From Phormidium lacuna HE10JO (lineage in GTDB: Bacteria; Cyanobacteriota; Cyanobacteriia; Cyanobacteriales; JAAUUE01): a DNA stretch of 64,000 bases. Every line of letters starts with the position of its first letter. Positions within the stretch are counted from its first letter, which is position 1. Position numbers and translations under genes: made by a program. Under the pieces are notes generated by a model. The model worked only from the letters and a program-made list of their open reading frames with translations, did not search any database and was not told where the DNA came from. This document shows, one piece after another, positions 38,933-49,704 of this stretch. The stretch lies in NCBI GenBank assembly GCA_943370025.1, contig CALRPI020000022.1, forward strand, positions 226 through 64,225, in the 5' to 3' direction.

Positions 38933-40714
38933 CTAACTCAAACCCTCTTGGACTCTCCATAAACCAGTATAGATTCCTTGCTGGGCAATCAATTCCTCAT
39001 GGGTTCCTTGCTCTACGACCTTGCCGTATTCCATGACATAGATACAGTCGGCATTTCTAATAGTTGATAGGCGGTGGGCGATCGCGATCGTAGTTCTATT
39101 TTTAGTAATCTTTTCTAGGGATTTCTGAATAGCGGCTTCGGTTTCATTGTCTACAGCAGAGGTAGCTTCATCGAGGATGAGGATGGGAGGATTTTTCAGG
39201 ATGGCGCGGGCGATCGCAATTCTTTGCCGCTGACCACCGGATAATTTTTGTCCCCTTTCTCCCACAATCGTGTCGTAACCGGAGGGCAGTTGATTGATAA
39301 ATTCATGAGCCTCTGCTACTTGAGCAGCAGCAATAATTTCTGTGAGGGAAGCATCAAAAGTTCCGTAGGCAATATTATCAGCAACTGTGCCATGAAATAG
39401 AAACACATCTTGGCTAACTAAGCCGATACTTTGGCGCAAATCTCGCAATTTAATTTTTCTAATATCTACTCCATCGAGGGTAATTGTCCCTTGATTAATT
39501 TCGTAGAGACGGAGAAGTAATTTCACCAGCGTACTTTTCCCGGAACCTGTAGAGCCGACGATCGCAATAGTCTTCCCCGCAGGAATATCGAGGGATAAAT
39601 TAGTCATGATTGGCGATCGATCTTGATAGCTGAAACTAATATTCCGAATCAACAGTTCTCCCTTCACTGTGCCTAAATTTAGAGATTGAGTCCCGGAACA
39701 AATAGTAATAGGAGTATCCAACAAACCCATGACTCGATTTGTAGAAGCCATAGCTCTTTGATACTGATCTAGAGTTTCTCCCAAGCGGGTGAGAGGCCAT
39801 AATAGGCGCTGGATGAGAAATACCATGACGCTATAATTTCCCACCGAAAGCCGACCTTCCACCGCCGCCATCCCACCTAATAACAAAGTGGCGGTAAATC
39901 CTAGGAGAATTAAAATTCTAATCAGGGGAATAAAGGCGGCACTATACTTAATTGCTCGGCGATTACTCTGGCGGTAAGCATTACTTTCTGCCCTGACTCT
40001 TTCCAATTCATAAGCCTCGGAGGTGAAACTTTTAATAGTCGTAATTCCGCCTAAATTATTCGCTAGGCGGCTATTAATAAAACTAGCTTTTTCTCGAACT
40101 TCGGCATAGCGAGGAGCAAGGAATTTCTGGAAGGCGATCGATCCCCACAAAATAAAGGGCATGGGCAGCATCGATAACCATGCCACATCGGGAGCAAGGG
40201 CAAAAAATGCCCCGCCAATAATTAATACGGTAGTGACAACTTGGATAACTTCATTAGCTCCAGAATCAAGAAATCTTTCTAGTTGATTGATATCATCATT
40301 GACGATCGACATCAAGGTTCCAGTACTACGTTCTTCAAAATAAGCTAATTCTAATTCTTGGAGATGGCTGTAGGTATCAATACGCAGATCATGTTCGATC
40401 GATTGAGATAAATTCCGCCACAAACAGGCGTAGGCATACTCAAAAGCCGATTCTAAACTCCAGATAATAAAGGAAAGTAGAGAGATGAATATAAATTGCT
40501 GCCACAGGTCTTTGATACCCATTTGGGCAATAATTGAATCCTGTTTTTTGATAATAATATCCACCGCTACGCCAATCAATGCGGGGGGAGCAAGGTCAAA
40601 AATCTTGTTGAGAATAGAAGAGGCGATTGCTAGCCAAATATCTTTTTGATAACGGTTGCCGTAGTTAATAAGACGAATTAATGGGGGTTGGTGCTGACCT
40701 GATTTTTTATTCAA
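38933..40714 (-). CDS. ABC exporter, fused permease/ATPase
   Basis: 593 aa. Walker A GSTGSGKST, signature LSGGQRQR and Walker B ILILDEATS. Confidence 0.9.
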   Translation of the reverse strand: MNKKSGQHQPPLIRLINYGNRYQKDIWLAIASSILNKIFDLAPPALIGVAVDIIIKKQDSIIAQMGIKDLWQQFIFISLLSFIIWSLESAFEYAYACLWRNLSQSIEHDLRIDTYSHLQELELAYFEERSTGTLMSIVNDDINQLERFLDSGANEVIQVVTTVLIIGGAFFALAPDVAWLSMLPMPFILWGSIAFQKFLAPRYAEVREKASFINSRLANNLGGITTIKSFTSEAYELERVRAESNAYRQSNRRAIKYSAAFIPLIRILILLGFTATLLLGGMAAVEGRLSVGNYSVMVFLIQRLLWPLTRLGETLDQYQRAMASTNRVMGLLDTPITICSGTQSLNLGTVKGELLIRNISFSYQDRSPIMTNLSLDIPAGKTIAIVGSTGSGKSTLVKLLLRLYEINQGTITLDGVDIRKIKLRDLRQSIGLVSQDVFLFHGTVADNIAYGTFDASLTEIIAAAQVAEAHEFINQLPSGYDTIVGERGQKLSGGQRQRIAIARAILKNPPILILDEATSAVDNETEAAIQKSLEKITKNRTTIAIAHRLSTIRNADCIYVMEYGKVVEQGTHEELIAQQGIYTGLWRVQEGLS

Positions 40715-40801
40715 AGTTTTTTATATTTTATTTAAGATTAAGTTTGGGAGCGACTATTAGTATAGCAATTTTATTGTGATGCTAGAAACCAGTCTTGATG
40801 G

Positions 40802-43120
40802 TTATTTGACTCCTACAACAGGCAAGCCTTGAGCTTCTCGCTGGGCAACTTCGGTGTTGAGGTCGAGGAGGAATTCGAGAGGGTCGTTGTTGGGTTTGAT
40901 GCCGTAGGCTTGGGCAACGATCTGATCTAATTGGGCGTGGAGCTTGGTGAGTTGGCTAGTGGGTTCGTGGAAGAATTGGTTATATATTTGGGTGATGCCG
41001 CATTGTTGATTTTCCATATATTCGGTACGGAAATTATGAAGGCTTTTCATAGTCGATCGAATGGCAGTTTTAATTTCCTTTGGGCAATTTTGTGGAAAGG
41101 GAAAGGTCTGAAAACAAGTAGTAGGAGTATAGGCAATATCTGCCTTCAGAGTTGAGCTTTGGGCATACATCCAAGTTCGATGGAAACTGGAAGTTAAAAT
41201 TCCAAGAATATAAAAATCATTGGTAGCTATGACAACTGATTTGTCACCTGCTAACCAACTAGATTGAAAAGGAATAAAAATTGCCCATTTAGATACTCTA
41301 GGAACAGCAAAACAATAGGATAGAGAGGCTAACCTCTGGCGCATCATTGTACATTTTGTACTATGTTTCCACCAATAGGTCTTGAGCTTGTCGTGTCTAT
41401 TTTCCCTTTCTTTAGGGATTGTGGAGAATAGTCTTGCCAAGGGTAAGGCGTATTCCTTTGCTTCTTCTAAGTTCATATCATCAAAATCAATAATCCATCT
41501 TTCGGGATGACCATGGGGATTTTGGGCTAAGTTTGCTCCCATGGAAAAGGACTTGAGAACTTCTTGATTTCTAGGATCAGATTCAATCCAATTATCAACT
41601 TCGGCTTTGGTAATAATAAATCCTGCTCCATTAGGTTCCACTCCTCGAAAACACCAGTTAGAATTTACCTTTAGTTTGAATGCTTGGGTGACATTAATCT
41701 CAGCTTTGAGGGAAGAATTGATATTTGAAACGGACTTTCGATCGATCTGATAGGATAATTCTTGAGGCTGAGATGTTTTCAGCCAATTGATAATACTAAT
41801 ATGGACTTTTGCTTCTCCCGACCAAGGCTGAGTCGAAACAGCATCATAAATATATCCGTTATTTTGCAGAATATAATCTAGAGCTGCTCGACGACTTTGA
41901 CCTTGAGAAATAGAATTAGTGGCAATCAAACCAGCTCGATGATTTGCCTTTAATTGATCGTGAGCCAAGCGGAACCAATAGGCGCAAATATCTACATGAC
42001 CTTTGACCTCGGGAAATTTTTGATTAAGCCGATCGACATAATCATCTCCCAGTTCTAGCCGCTGTCGATAACCACCCAAGAAAGGCGGATTGCCAATTAT
42101 GGTATCAACTGGCTCCCACTCAGAAAACAACGCATCTTGACAGCAAATATTAGCATCTAGATTATCTAAAGGTAGCGCTTGATCAAAATCCATAAAGAAG
42201 TTCGATCGCTCCCTATCAAGTAATTTTTTCCCTTCATCGATCGCTAATTTCTTCCCCAACATTAATGTCATCTTTGCCAACTCCACGGCGAAAGGTTTTA
42301 TATCCATGCCATAGAATTGGGTAGTCTGAATTAGAGGAATTTTATCTAAATTAACAGTAGAAAGATTGCCGAAATTCTCCTGTATCTTGATGATTAATTC
42401 TATTTCCAATCGCTTCATTTCTCGATAGGCAACATAAAGAAAATTTCCACAGCCACAAGCCGGATCTAATACCTTAAACTCCGTCATTTCTCGATGCAAG
42501 ATTAATAGATCTTGCTGGGTTTTTGCTGCCTCGATCCGTTGTCGCCACGGCTGAATAATCGTTGGCAAAATTACCTTTTGAATATCCGCCTCACTGGTAT
42601 AGTGTGCCCCTAAAGCATGGCGTTCTGCCTTCCCCATGCTGGATTCAAAAAGCGTTCCAAAAATCGCTGGCTCTACCTTTGACCAATTTTCTGCCGCTGC
42701 CTGCAAAAGGAGATCAATCTCGGTAAAAGTTAGCTCGATCGCGTCCCCTCCCGAAAAGATGCCCCCATGAAAATAGGGAACTTGGTAATAGCGACTACCC
42801 GCCGGAGCCGGGCGTTGGCATAAGCCTTGCATAGCAATATCGCTGCCCATCTGCTGAAACAATCCCCCAATTAAATCGGCAGAACTGCCATTTTTCTTTT
42901 GGCAATCCTTCAGCAACCCTGTGAATAAATTCTGGGGCAGCAGATCAATGCTTTCAGCAAATAGCGCCACCACACACTGAAGCATGAATTTTTGAGCAGT
43001 TTCTGGGGCTTGTTTTCTGGCTACTAACTGATTAAAAACTTGGGCAGCTTTATCCGCCACTACACGGGTGACGGCAATCGGGTTTTGGTTAAAAACTTGT
43101 TCTTGATGCTCTAATTCCAA
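40802..43120 (-). CDS. MmeI-family (type IIL/IIG-like) N6-adenine DNA methyltransferase with target-recognition region, lacking the nuclease domain
   Basis: 772 aa, starting at a TTG. LGAHYTSE, VLDPACGCGNFLYVAYREMKRLEIE and IIGNPPFLGG are collinear with MmeI as I recall it. See the remnant at 43111-43260. Confidence 0.8.
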   Translation of the reverse strand: MELEHQEQVFNQNPIAVTRVVADKAAQVFNQLVARKQAPETAQKFMLQCVVALFAESIDLLPQNLFTGLLKDCQKKNGSSADLIGGLFQQMGSDIAMQGLCQRPAPAGSRYYQVPYFHGGIFSGGDAIELTFTEIDLLLQAAAENWSKVEPAIFGTLFESSMGKAERHALGAHYTSEADIQKVILPTIIQPWRQRIEAAKTQQDLLILHREMTEFKVLDPACGCGNFLYVAYREMKRLEIELIIKIQENFGNLSTVNLDKIPLIQTTQFYGMDIKPFAVELAKMTLMLGKKLAIDEGKKLLDRERSNFFMDFDQALPLDNLDANICCQDALFSEWEPVDTIIGNPPFLGGYRQRLELGDDYVDRLNQKFPEVKGHVDICAYWFRLAHDQLKANHRAGLIATNSISQGQSRRAALDYILQNNGYIYDAVSTQPWSGEAKVHISIINWLKTSQPQELSYQIDRKSVSNINSSLKAEINVTQAFKLKVNSNWCFRGVEPNGAGFIITKAEVDNWIESDPRNQEVLKSFSMGANLAQNPHGHPERWIIDFDDMNLEEAKEYALPLARLFSTIPKERENRHDKLKTYWWKHSTKCTMMRQRLASLSYCFAVPRVSKWAIFIPFQSSWLAGDKSVVIATNDFYILGILTSSFHRTWMYAQSSTLKADIAYTPTTCFQTFPFPQNCPKEIKTAIRSTMKSLHNFRTEYMENQQCGITQIYNQFFHEPTSQLTKLHAQLDQIVAQAYGIKPNNDPLEFLLDLNTEVAQREAQGLPVVGVK

Positions 43121-43260
43121 AGTTGCCCCAACCTCTTGATATCAGTACCAAAGGAGCAGAAAAGGCGATCGCAAAATACCTGAGCCTCGCCCTTCTCATC
43201 CCCCCGCAAAGTTTGAGCATAGTCAACAAATTCTTGAATATCCTGCGATGTACTAACCAT
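43111..43260 (-). pseudogene. N-terminal remnant of the MmeI-family enzyme, out of frame with the main ORF
   Basis: The ATG at 43260 opens a 49-codon ORF: MVSTSQDIQEFVDYAQTLRGDEKGEAQVFCDRLFCSFGTDIKRLGQLWN. The GDEKGEAQ-F-DRLF--FG pattern is typical of the extreme N-terminus of MmeI/PglX-type enzymes. The ORF is out of frame with 40802-43120 and overlaps it by 10 nt. Confidence 0.6.
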
Positions 43261-43377
43261 GGCCAACCTACCTATTTCTTTGTCTCTCTAGGATAGTTTC
43301 TCTCTGGTAATGTGGCTACTATAATTTAATAATAAAAGTAGCAAAAAAGTAGCAAAAGTACTCTAATATTTTATCTC

Positions 43378-43611
43378 ATGAACTCAACAACCAGCTTACT
43401 CACCCGCATTACCCAAACACCCGGTCAGTGTGGTGGTCGTCCTTGTATTCGGGGAATGCGAATTAGAGTCACTGATATTTTAGAAATGCTTGCGGAAAAC
43501 GTTAATGTTATTGAAATTTTAGAAGATTTCCCCGATCTGGAACTGGCGGATATTCAAGCCTGTCTCCTCTTTGCAGCACGTCGTACTGATTTCCCCAGAT
43601 TGACAGCATGA
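43378..43611 (+). CDS. DUF433-family putative antitoxin
   Basis: 77 aa. GQCGGRPCIRGMRIRVTDILEML is the DUF433 signature. Overlaps the next gene by 4 nt. Confidence 0.8.
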   Translation: MNSTTSLLTRITQTPGQCGGRPCIRGMRIRVTDILEMLAENVNVIEILEDFPDLELADIQACLLFAARRTDFPRLTA

Positions 43612-43949
43612 AGATTTGGATTGATGCTCAATTACCTCCAACACTGGCAAATTGGCTGTCAGTTACCTTTGGTTTAGAAACAGTTGCGCTGCGAGACTTA
43701 TCACTGCGAGATGCTCAAGATATTGAAATTTTTGAAGCTGCACGAACTGAAAATGCTGTGATTATGACGAAAGATAGCGACTTTATTGATTTGGTATGTA
43801 GACTAGGAGCACCTCCTCAGATTTTATGGCTAACCTGTGGAAATGTCACAAATCGAAATTTACGACAACTATTAACTGCTACTTTACCCGATGCATTGGA
43901 ACAGCTACGGCAAGGAGAAATAATTGTAGAGATTAGTAATACTCCTTAA
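43608..43949 (+). CDS. DUF5615 (PIN-like/Mut7-C-like) putative toxin
   Basis: 113 aa. MKIWIDAQLPPTLANWL and IMTKDSDFIDL are typical of the DUF5615 partner of DUF433. Confidence 0.8.
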   Translation: MKIWIDAQLPPTLANWLSVTFGLETVALRDLSLRDAQDIEIFEAARTENAVIMTKDSDFIDLVCRLGAPPQILWLTCGNVTNRNLRQLLTATLPDALEQLRQGEIIVEISNTP

Positions 43950-43977
43950 AATCATCTAAGCGGAGAGGTTTGAACAA

Positions 43978-44238
43978 ATGAATGAATTAGATATAGAAAT
44001 GAGGGTTATTCGGACAATCCAAACAGTTAAAAATGGGCAGATTTTATTAGATTTGCCATCGGAATTATCGGAAAAAGAAGTAGAGGTGATTATTTTAATC
44101 AAAGATGTTCCTAAAACCCAGAGAAAGAGTTTAAGAGGAGCTTTGCAAAATTATGCCCACCCTGATTTGATTGATTTAGAGTCTAGTGCTTGGGAGAATG
44201 CAGCAGAGAAAAAATATTACAGTTGTGGTTTGAGATAA
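43978..44238 (+). CDS. Small hypothetical protein, possibly an orphan antitoxin-like
   Basis: 86 aa, with GGAGAGG upstream. NGQILLDLPSELSEKEVEVIILIKD resembles the swapped-hairpin type of small antitoxin. No partner gene follows. Confidence 0.4.
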   Translation: MNELDIEMRVIRTIQTVKNGQILLDLPSELSEKEVEVIILIKDVPKTQRKSLRGALQNYAHPDLIDLESSAWENAAEKKYYSCGLR

Positions 44239-44336
44239 AAATGTAGCTCAAGTCTCTACTTTTTTTTACTAAAGTTGCTACCCATCCTCACCTGTGGCAA
44301 AATTAAGGGTAATTGCAATCTTCCCTATTTTTCCCC

Positions 44337-47300
44337 ATGACTATCTCGAACCTAGCCACCCAGTACGATGCCGCCACCACCGAAGCCAAGTGGCAGGAAT
44401 TTTGGGAATCTGAGCAAACCTTCAAAGCCGACCCCAACCATCCCGGTCAGCCCTATTGCGTCGTCATTCCGCCCCCCAACGTCACCGGGAGCCTGCACAT
44501 GGGTCATGCCTTCGAGAATGCCCTAATTGATACCTTGGTGCGCTACCAACGGATGCAGGGGCGGAATACCCTGTGGTTGCCGGGGACAGACCACGCCAGT
44601 ATTGCAGTCCAAACTATTCTAGAAAAACAACTCAAAGCTGAAGGCAAAACCCGCCAAGAATTAGGTCGGGAGAAATTTTTAGAACGGGCTTGGCAGTGGA
44701 AGGCAGAATCCGGGGGGACGATCGTTAATCAACTGCGCCGCTTAGGAGTCTCGGTAGATTGGTCACGGGAACGCTTCACCATGGATGCCGGGTTATCCCA
44801 AGCCGTGATTACAGCATTTTGTCAGTTGCACAAAGAAGGTTTAATTTACCGGGGCAATTATTTGGTGAACTGGTGTCCCGCTTCCCAGTCTGCCGTCTCC
44901 GATCTGGAAGTAGAAAACAAAGAAACCGCCGGGAGCCTCTGGCATTTTCGCTATCCCCTCAGCAATGGCACCGGCTACCTAGAAGTTGCCACCACTCGCC
45001 CAGAAACCATGCTGGGAGATACAGCCGTGGCGGTGCATCCAGAGGATGATCGCTACAAAGCATTGATTGGGCAAACCATCAAACTGCCAATTATGGGGCG
45101 AGAAATTCCCATTATTGGCGATGAACTGGTCGATCGCAAATTTGGTACCGGCTGCGTTAAAGTCACCCCTGCCCATGATTTCAACGACTTTGAGATGGGC
45201 AAACGCCATAACCTGCCTTTCATTAACATCATGAATCGCGATGGCACTCTGAATGAGAATGCCGGAGAATACCAAGGGCAAGATCGTTTTGTGGCACGAC
45301 GGAACGTGATTCAGCGCCTAGAAGCAGAAGGGGTATTGGTAAAAATTGAAGAATATAAACATACGGTTCCCTATAGCGATCGCGGCAAAGTTCCCGTGGA
45401 ACCCCTGCTGTCGACCCAATGGTTTGTCAACATCCGTCCCTTAGCTGATAAAACCCTAGAGTTGTTGGATCAAGATACGTCTCCTGCCTTTGTCCCCCAG
45501 CGCTGGACTAAGGTCTATCGAGATTGGCTGGTGAACCTTAAGGATTGGTGCATTTCTCGGCAATTATGGTGGGGGCATCAGATTCCAGCTTGGTATGCTG
45601 TGAGTGAAACCGAGGGGGAAATTACCGACCAGACTCCGTTTATTGTGGCTGCTAATGCGGAAGAGGCAAGAATAGAAGCGATCGCGAAATTTGGCACCCA
45701 AGTCCAGCTAGAACAAGACCCAGATGTGTTGGATACTTGGTTTTCTGCTGGGTTATGGCCTTTTTCTACGATGGGCTGGCCCGAAAATACTCAGGATTTA
45801 GCGACCTATTACCCAACTACAACTCTAGTCACAGGTTTCGATATTATTTTCTTCTGGGTGGCTCGGATGACCATGATGGGGACGTATTTCACGGGTAAGA
45901 TGCCTTTTGATACGGTCTATATTCATGGCTTGGTGCGGGATGAAAATAATAAAAAAATGTCCAAGTCTTCTAATAACGGCATCGATCCCCTAATCCTGAT
46001 CAAAAAGTATGGTACCGATGCCCTGAGATTTACCCTGATCAAAGAAGTGGCTGGGGCAGGGCAGGATATTCGGATTGAATATAACCGGAAAACCGATGAA
46101 TCTGTCTCTGTAGAAGCCTCCCGAAATTTCACCAACAAGATTTGGAATGCCTCCCGCTTCGTGATGATTAGCCTAGAGGGGCAGACTCCGGCACAATTGG
46201 GATTCCCAGAAATAGATCAGTTGGAGTTGAGCGATCGCTGGATTCTCTCCCGCTACCACCAAGCCATCCAACAAACCTCCCAGCAACTAAATAACTATGG
46301 TTTTGGCGATGCAGCTAAGGGCTTGTACGAATTTATCTGGGGCGATTTCTGCGACTGGTATATCGAGCTAGTCAAATCTCGCCTGCAACCAGAGGCAGAA
46401 CCAACCTCCAAAAAAGTGGCACAACAGGTCTTAGCACATGTCTTAGAAGGGATGCTCAAGTTACTCCATCCCTTCATGCCCCACATCACCGAAGAACTCT
46501 GGCACAATCTGGTGCAGCTAGAGGATAAATCCCTATCTTTAGCAGCCTATCCTGCCGTAGCGATCGACCTGATTAACCCAGACTTAGAAAATCAATTTGA
46601 CCTGCTGATCGGCACGATTAGAACTATTCGCAACCTCCGGGCAGATGGAGATGTAAAACCGGGGATTCATGTTCCGGTAATTCTCCGCAGCGAGAGTATT
46701 AAGGAATGTCAGATATTGCGTCAAGGGCAAATTTATATCCAAGACTTGGCAAAAGTTTCTACCCTAGAAATTACGGAAGTTAATCCTGTAATTAATCATG
46801 TAGTTAATAATAATGTGGGTTTGTCTCCAACCCCCCAACCCTTGCTACCAGAAACAGCTCCCCCGCTCAGCATCTCTGACTCTCCAGTGGTGAATAAACC
46901 CCAAACGTGGCTGCTGCTCCCCGCTCTACCTCTATTTTTTATCCTCTTGGTAGCCATCCTCTCTCTATTGGGTTTGGGGGCAATTTACCAAGTATTGCTG
47001 AAGAGCATGGGCAAGCAGCCCCTAATCCAACTAAAATCAATACCTAGTATCTCAGACCCAGCAACAACTGATCTATCTCCAGTTCACCCTTCCCAGCAAT
47101 CTTTGACTGGGGTGGTGGGTACAGTCCAAGTACTGATTCCTTTAGATGGTGTGGTAGATTTAGTAGCATTGCAGTCTAAGCTAGAGAAGAACCTGAGCAA
47201 AACTAAATCAGAAATTGATGCTCTCACAACACGTTTGAGTAATCCTGGTTTCGTGGATAAGGCTAAACCAGAGGTGGTGCAAGCCGCCCGGACTGCTTTA

Positions 47301-47366
47301 GAGGAAGCAGAAAAGCAAGCTGCCATTCTGAGCGATCGCCTATCTAGCCTACCGCCCCTTACTTAA
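44337..47366 (+). CDS. valS: Valine--tRNA ligase with a C-terminal hydrophobic insertion
   Basis: HIGH motif ([14 protein letters not shown]), KMSKS (KKMSKS) and a C-terminal coiled coil. The ATG at 44337 is preferred over the TTG at 44313. A ~100-aa insert lies at nt 46780-47105. Confidence 0.95.
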   Translation: MTISNLATQYDAATTEAKWQEFWESEQTFKADPNHPGQPYCVVIPPPNVTGSLHMGHAFENALIDTLVRYQRMQGRNTLWLPGTDHASIAVQTILEKQLKAEGKTRQELGREKFLERAWQWKAESGGTIVNQLRRLGVSVDWSRERFTMDAGLSQAVITAFCQLHKEGLIYRGNYLVNWCPASQSAVSDLEVENKETAGSLWHFRYPLSNGTGYLEVATTRPETMLGDTAVAVHPEDDRYKALIGQTIKLPIMGREIPIIGDELVDRKFGTGCVKVTPAHDFNDFEMGKRHNLPFINIMNRDGTLNENAGEYQGQDRFVARRNVIQRLEAEGVLVKIEEYKHTVPYSDRGKVPVEPLLSTQWFVNIRPLADKTLELLDQDTSPAFVPQRWTKVYRDWLVNLKDWCISRQLWWGHQIPAWYAVSETEGEITDQTPFIVAANAEEARIEAIAKFGTQVQLEQDPDVLDTWFSAGLWPFSTMGWPENTQDLATYYPTTTLVTGFDIIFFWVARMTMMGTYFTGKMPFDTVYIHGLVRDENNKKMSKSSNNGIDPLILIKKYGTDALRFTLIKEVAGAGQDIRIEYNRKTDESVSVEASRNFTNKIWNASRFVMISLEGQTPAQLGFPEIDQLELSDRWILSRYHQAIQQTSQQLNNYGFGDAAKGLYEFIWGDFCDWYIELVKSRLQPEAEPTSKKVAQQVLAHVLEGMLKLLHPFMPHITEELWHNLVQLEDKSLSLAAYPAVAIDLINPDLENQFDLLIGTIRTIRNLRADGDVKPGIHVPVILRSESIKECQILRQGQIYIQDLAKVSTLEITEVNPVINHVVNNNVGLSPTPQPLLPETAPPLSISDSPVVNKPQTWLLLPALPLFFILLVAILSLLGLGAIYQVLLKSMGKQPLIQLKSIPSISDPATTDLSPVHPSQQSLTGVVGTVQVLIPLDGVVDLVALQSKLEKNLSKTKSEIDALTTRLSNPGFVDKAKPEVVQAARTALEEAEKQAAILSDRLSSLPPLT

Positions 47367-47394
47367 CCCTTAACCCTATTTTCAATCGTTTGCC

Positions 47395-47829
47395 ATGCTA
47401 CACCTGGCGCAAGTACAACAAAATCAGATTTCAGATGAGCCAGAATTGAGGATCCTTGCCACCCAAGAGTCCGAAAGTTCTTGGGTTTTACTCACGAAGG
47501 AAAAAATTCTGCCAAGCCCCCACAGTAAGGGATTGAGCGAGGGTTTATTGGTTTTAGTAGAAACCAATGATCACGATGATCAACAGGATATTGCGAGTAT
47601 CCGGTCTGCCAAAAATTGGGTGTTAGATTTCGTAGAGAAGTATTTGACCCTAGGCATCACTCCTAGTTTCCTGCAACAGGAAGCAGAACGAGTCGAGGAG
47701 TGGCGGCAAGAGCTAACCCTGCAAAGCCAAGACCTAGGACGCAGACAATGGGAAATGGAAGCTCGGCGCGAACAAATTCAAGCCCTAGAAGAAGAGATTA
47801 AGCGCAAACAAGAGGAATCTGATAATTAA
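47395..47829 (+). CDS. Hypothetical protein with a C-terminal coiled coil
   Basis: 144-aa ORF directly after valS. The charged helical C-terminus reads EWRQELTLQSQDLGRRQWEMEARREQIQALEEEIKRK. Confidence 0.5.
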   Translation: MLHLAQVQQNQISDEPELRILATQESESSWVLLTKEKILPSPHSKGLSEGLLVLVETNDHDDQQDIASIRSAKNWVLDFVEKYLTLGITPSFLQQEAERVEEWRQELTLQSQDLGRRQWEMEARREQIQALEEEIKRKQEESDN

Positions 47830-48182
47830 AATTAAAGGTGTTATAGCGTTTTTCCTGTATAGCGATCGCCAAGCTGTCTGTGTAGTGGAACCCCCATAAA
47901 GCGAGGGTTCTACTACGCTAATTAGCCTCAGAACCTTGGCGGTTAATATATTGGTGTAGTCATGGCGACAAAAACTAGAGATAATGCAAAGATAGGCAAA
48001 AATTCATGTAGAGATCCTAAATGATTTCATCCGCCTGCGGTGGGTGAAATCATTTCCCAGAAGCAATTTAACTTCGTAAATGATTTAGTATCTCTATAGT
48101 ATTAATAAAAAAGTGGTGAGGCTCCTCAGTGCGGCGGCTCTTCACCGGATAAATATTTACATTTGGTTACATTTTTAAGATT

Positions 48183-49598
48183 ATGCAAAGACATAGATCA
48201 GTACTAGTATTTGTGATTGTTCTGGTGGCGGTGGCGATCGCTGTCATCATCAAAATTCCGCCACGGCTAGGTCTAGACCTGCGAGGTGGCTCTCAGCTAA
48301 CGATTCAAGTTAAAACCACCGATCAAATCCGAGAAATTACAGCGGAAAGGCTGCAAGATGTCTTGAAAATCATTGAAAACCGGGTGAACGGCTTGGGAGT
48401 CTCCGAGGCAGTAGTGCAAACTGCTGGGGAAGATCAAATATCTGTGCAACTACCGGGAGTCAACGATCCCACCCAAGCAGAGCGGGTTTTGGGGGGAACC
48501 GCCCAGCTAGAATTTCGCAAGCAAAAGCCCGGCACCGAGGCACAGTTTCAGATCGAACTCCAACTCCGCCAACAACTCCAAGCCGAGCAAGCAGTCCTCA
48601 AAGCTGGGGGTGGCGATCCAGAGGCTGTGAAGAAGAACCAGGAATCTTTGAATCGCAGCAACGAAGCGATTAAGAATCTCTTTGAAGTGACGGGATTTAC
48701 CGGAAAAAACCTCCGGGATGCCAGACCCCAACCAACTCCTGCCAATGGCTGGCAGGTTTCCCTGAGTTTCGACGATGAGGGCGCAAAATTATTTGCCGAC
48801 CTAACTAAGGACTTGGCGGGAACCGGCAGAAGTATTGGGATTTTTCTCGATAACTTCCTGATTAGTTATCCCAACGTGGGGGCAGAGTTTGCCCAATCGG
48901 GGATTACGGGAGGCGGGGCGACAATTTTTGGTGAGTTCTTTACAGCTCAAAGTTCTAACGAACTGTCGGTACAATTGCGGGGCGGGGCTTTACCTCTGCC
49001 GGTAGAGATTATTGAAAACCGGACAGTGGGAGCTAGTTTAGGGCAGGATAGTATCAACAGTAGTATTAATGCGGCGCTGGGGGGCACGTTCCTGGTCTTG
49101 GTATTTATGGCAGTTTATTACCGCTTGCCGGGGGTGATTGCCAACTGTGCCTTGATTATCTACACCCTGCTCACCTACGCGGTCACGGTATTAATTGGAG
49201 TCACCCTCACCCTGCCGGGAATTGCGGGTTTTATCCTGAGTATTGGCATGGCGGTGGATGCCAATGTGTTGATTTTTGAGCGGACGAGGGAAGAACTGCG
49301 GGATGGGAAGACGCTTTATCGATCGGTAGAATCTGGCTTCTATCGAGCTTTTTCCAGTATTTTGGATGGCAATGTGACCACCGTTATTGCCTGTGCGGCT
49401 CTATTCTGGTTGGGGACGGGCTTGGTGAAGGGGTTTGCCCTGACTCTAGCGATCGGGGTGGTGATCAGTATGTTTACAGCAATCACCTGTACTCGAACTT
49501 TCATGCTCCTGCTAGTTTTGGGTATGCCTAGCCTGAAACAAAATCCAGAACTTTTTGCTCCCAATGTTAATCAAAAAGTAGTGGCACTAGAGAAGTGA
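48183..49598 (+). CDS. secD: Protein translocase subunit SecD
   Basis: 471 aa. LGLDLRGGSQLTIQV, a periplasmic domain, and six TM helices with GIAGFILSIGMAVDANVLIFER. Confidence 0.9.
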   Translation: MQRHRSVLVFVIVLVAVAIAVIIKIPPRLGLDLRGGSQLTIQVKTTDQIREITAERLQDVLKIIENRVNGLGVSEAVVQTAGEDQISVQLPGVNDPTQAERVLGGTAQLEFRKQKPGTEAQFQIELQLRQQLQAEQAVLKAGGGDPEAVKKNQESLNRSNEAIKNLFEVTGFTGKNLRDARPQPTPANGWQVSLSFDDEGAKLFADLTKDLAGTGRSIGIFLDNFLISYPNVGAEFAQSGITGGGATIFGEFFTAQSSNELSVQLRGGALPLPVEIIENRTVGASLGQDSINSSINAALGGTFLVLVFMAVYYRLPGVIANCALIIYTLLTYAVTVLIGVTLTLPGIAGFILSIGMAVDANVLIFERTREELRDGKTLYRSVESGFYRAFSSILDGNVTTVIACAALFWLGTGLVKGFALTLAIGVVISMFTAITCTRTFMLLLVLGMPSLKQNPELFAPNVNQKVVALEK

Positions 49599-49704
49599 AA
49601 ATATCTCCGGCGGTGCCGGGGATATTGACTCAGAAATTATTATTCTAGAAACTAATCAAAATGAATCAAAATGTTAATCAAGAAGCTGCAAAGTGGGGGG
49701 AATT

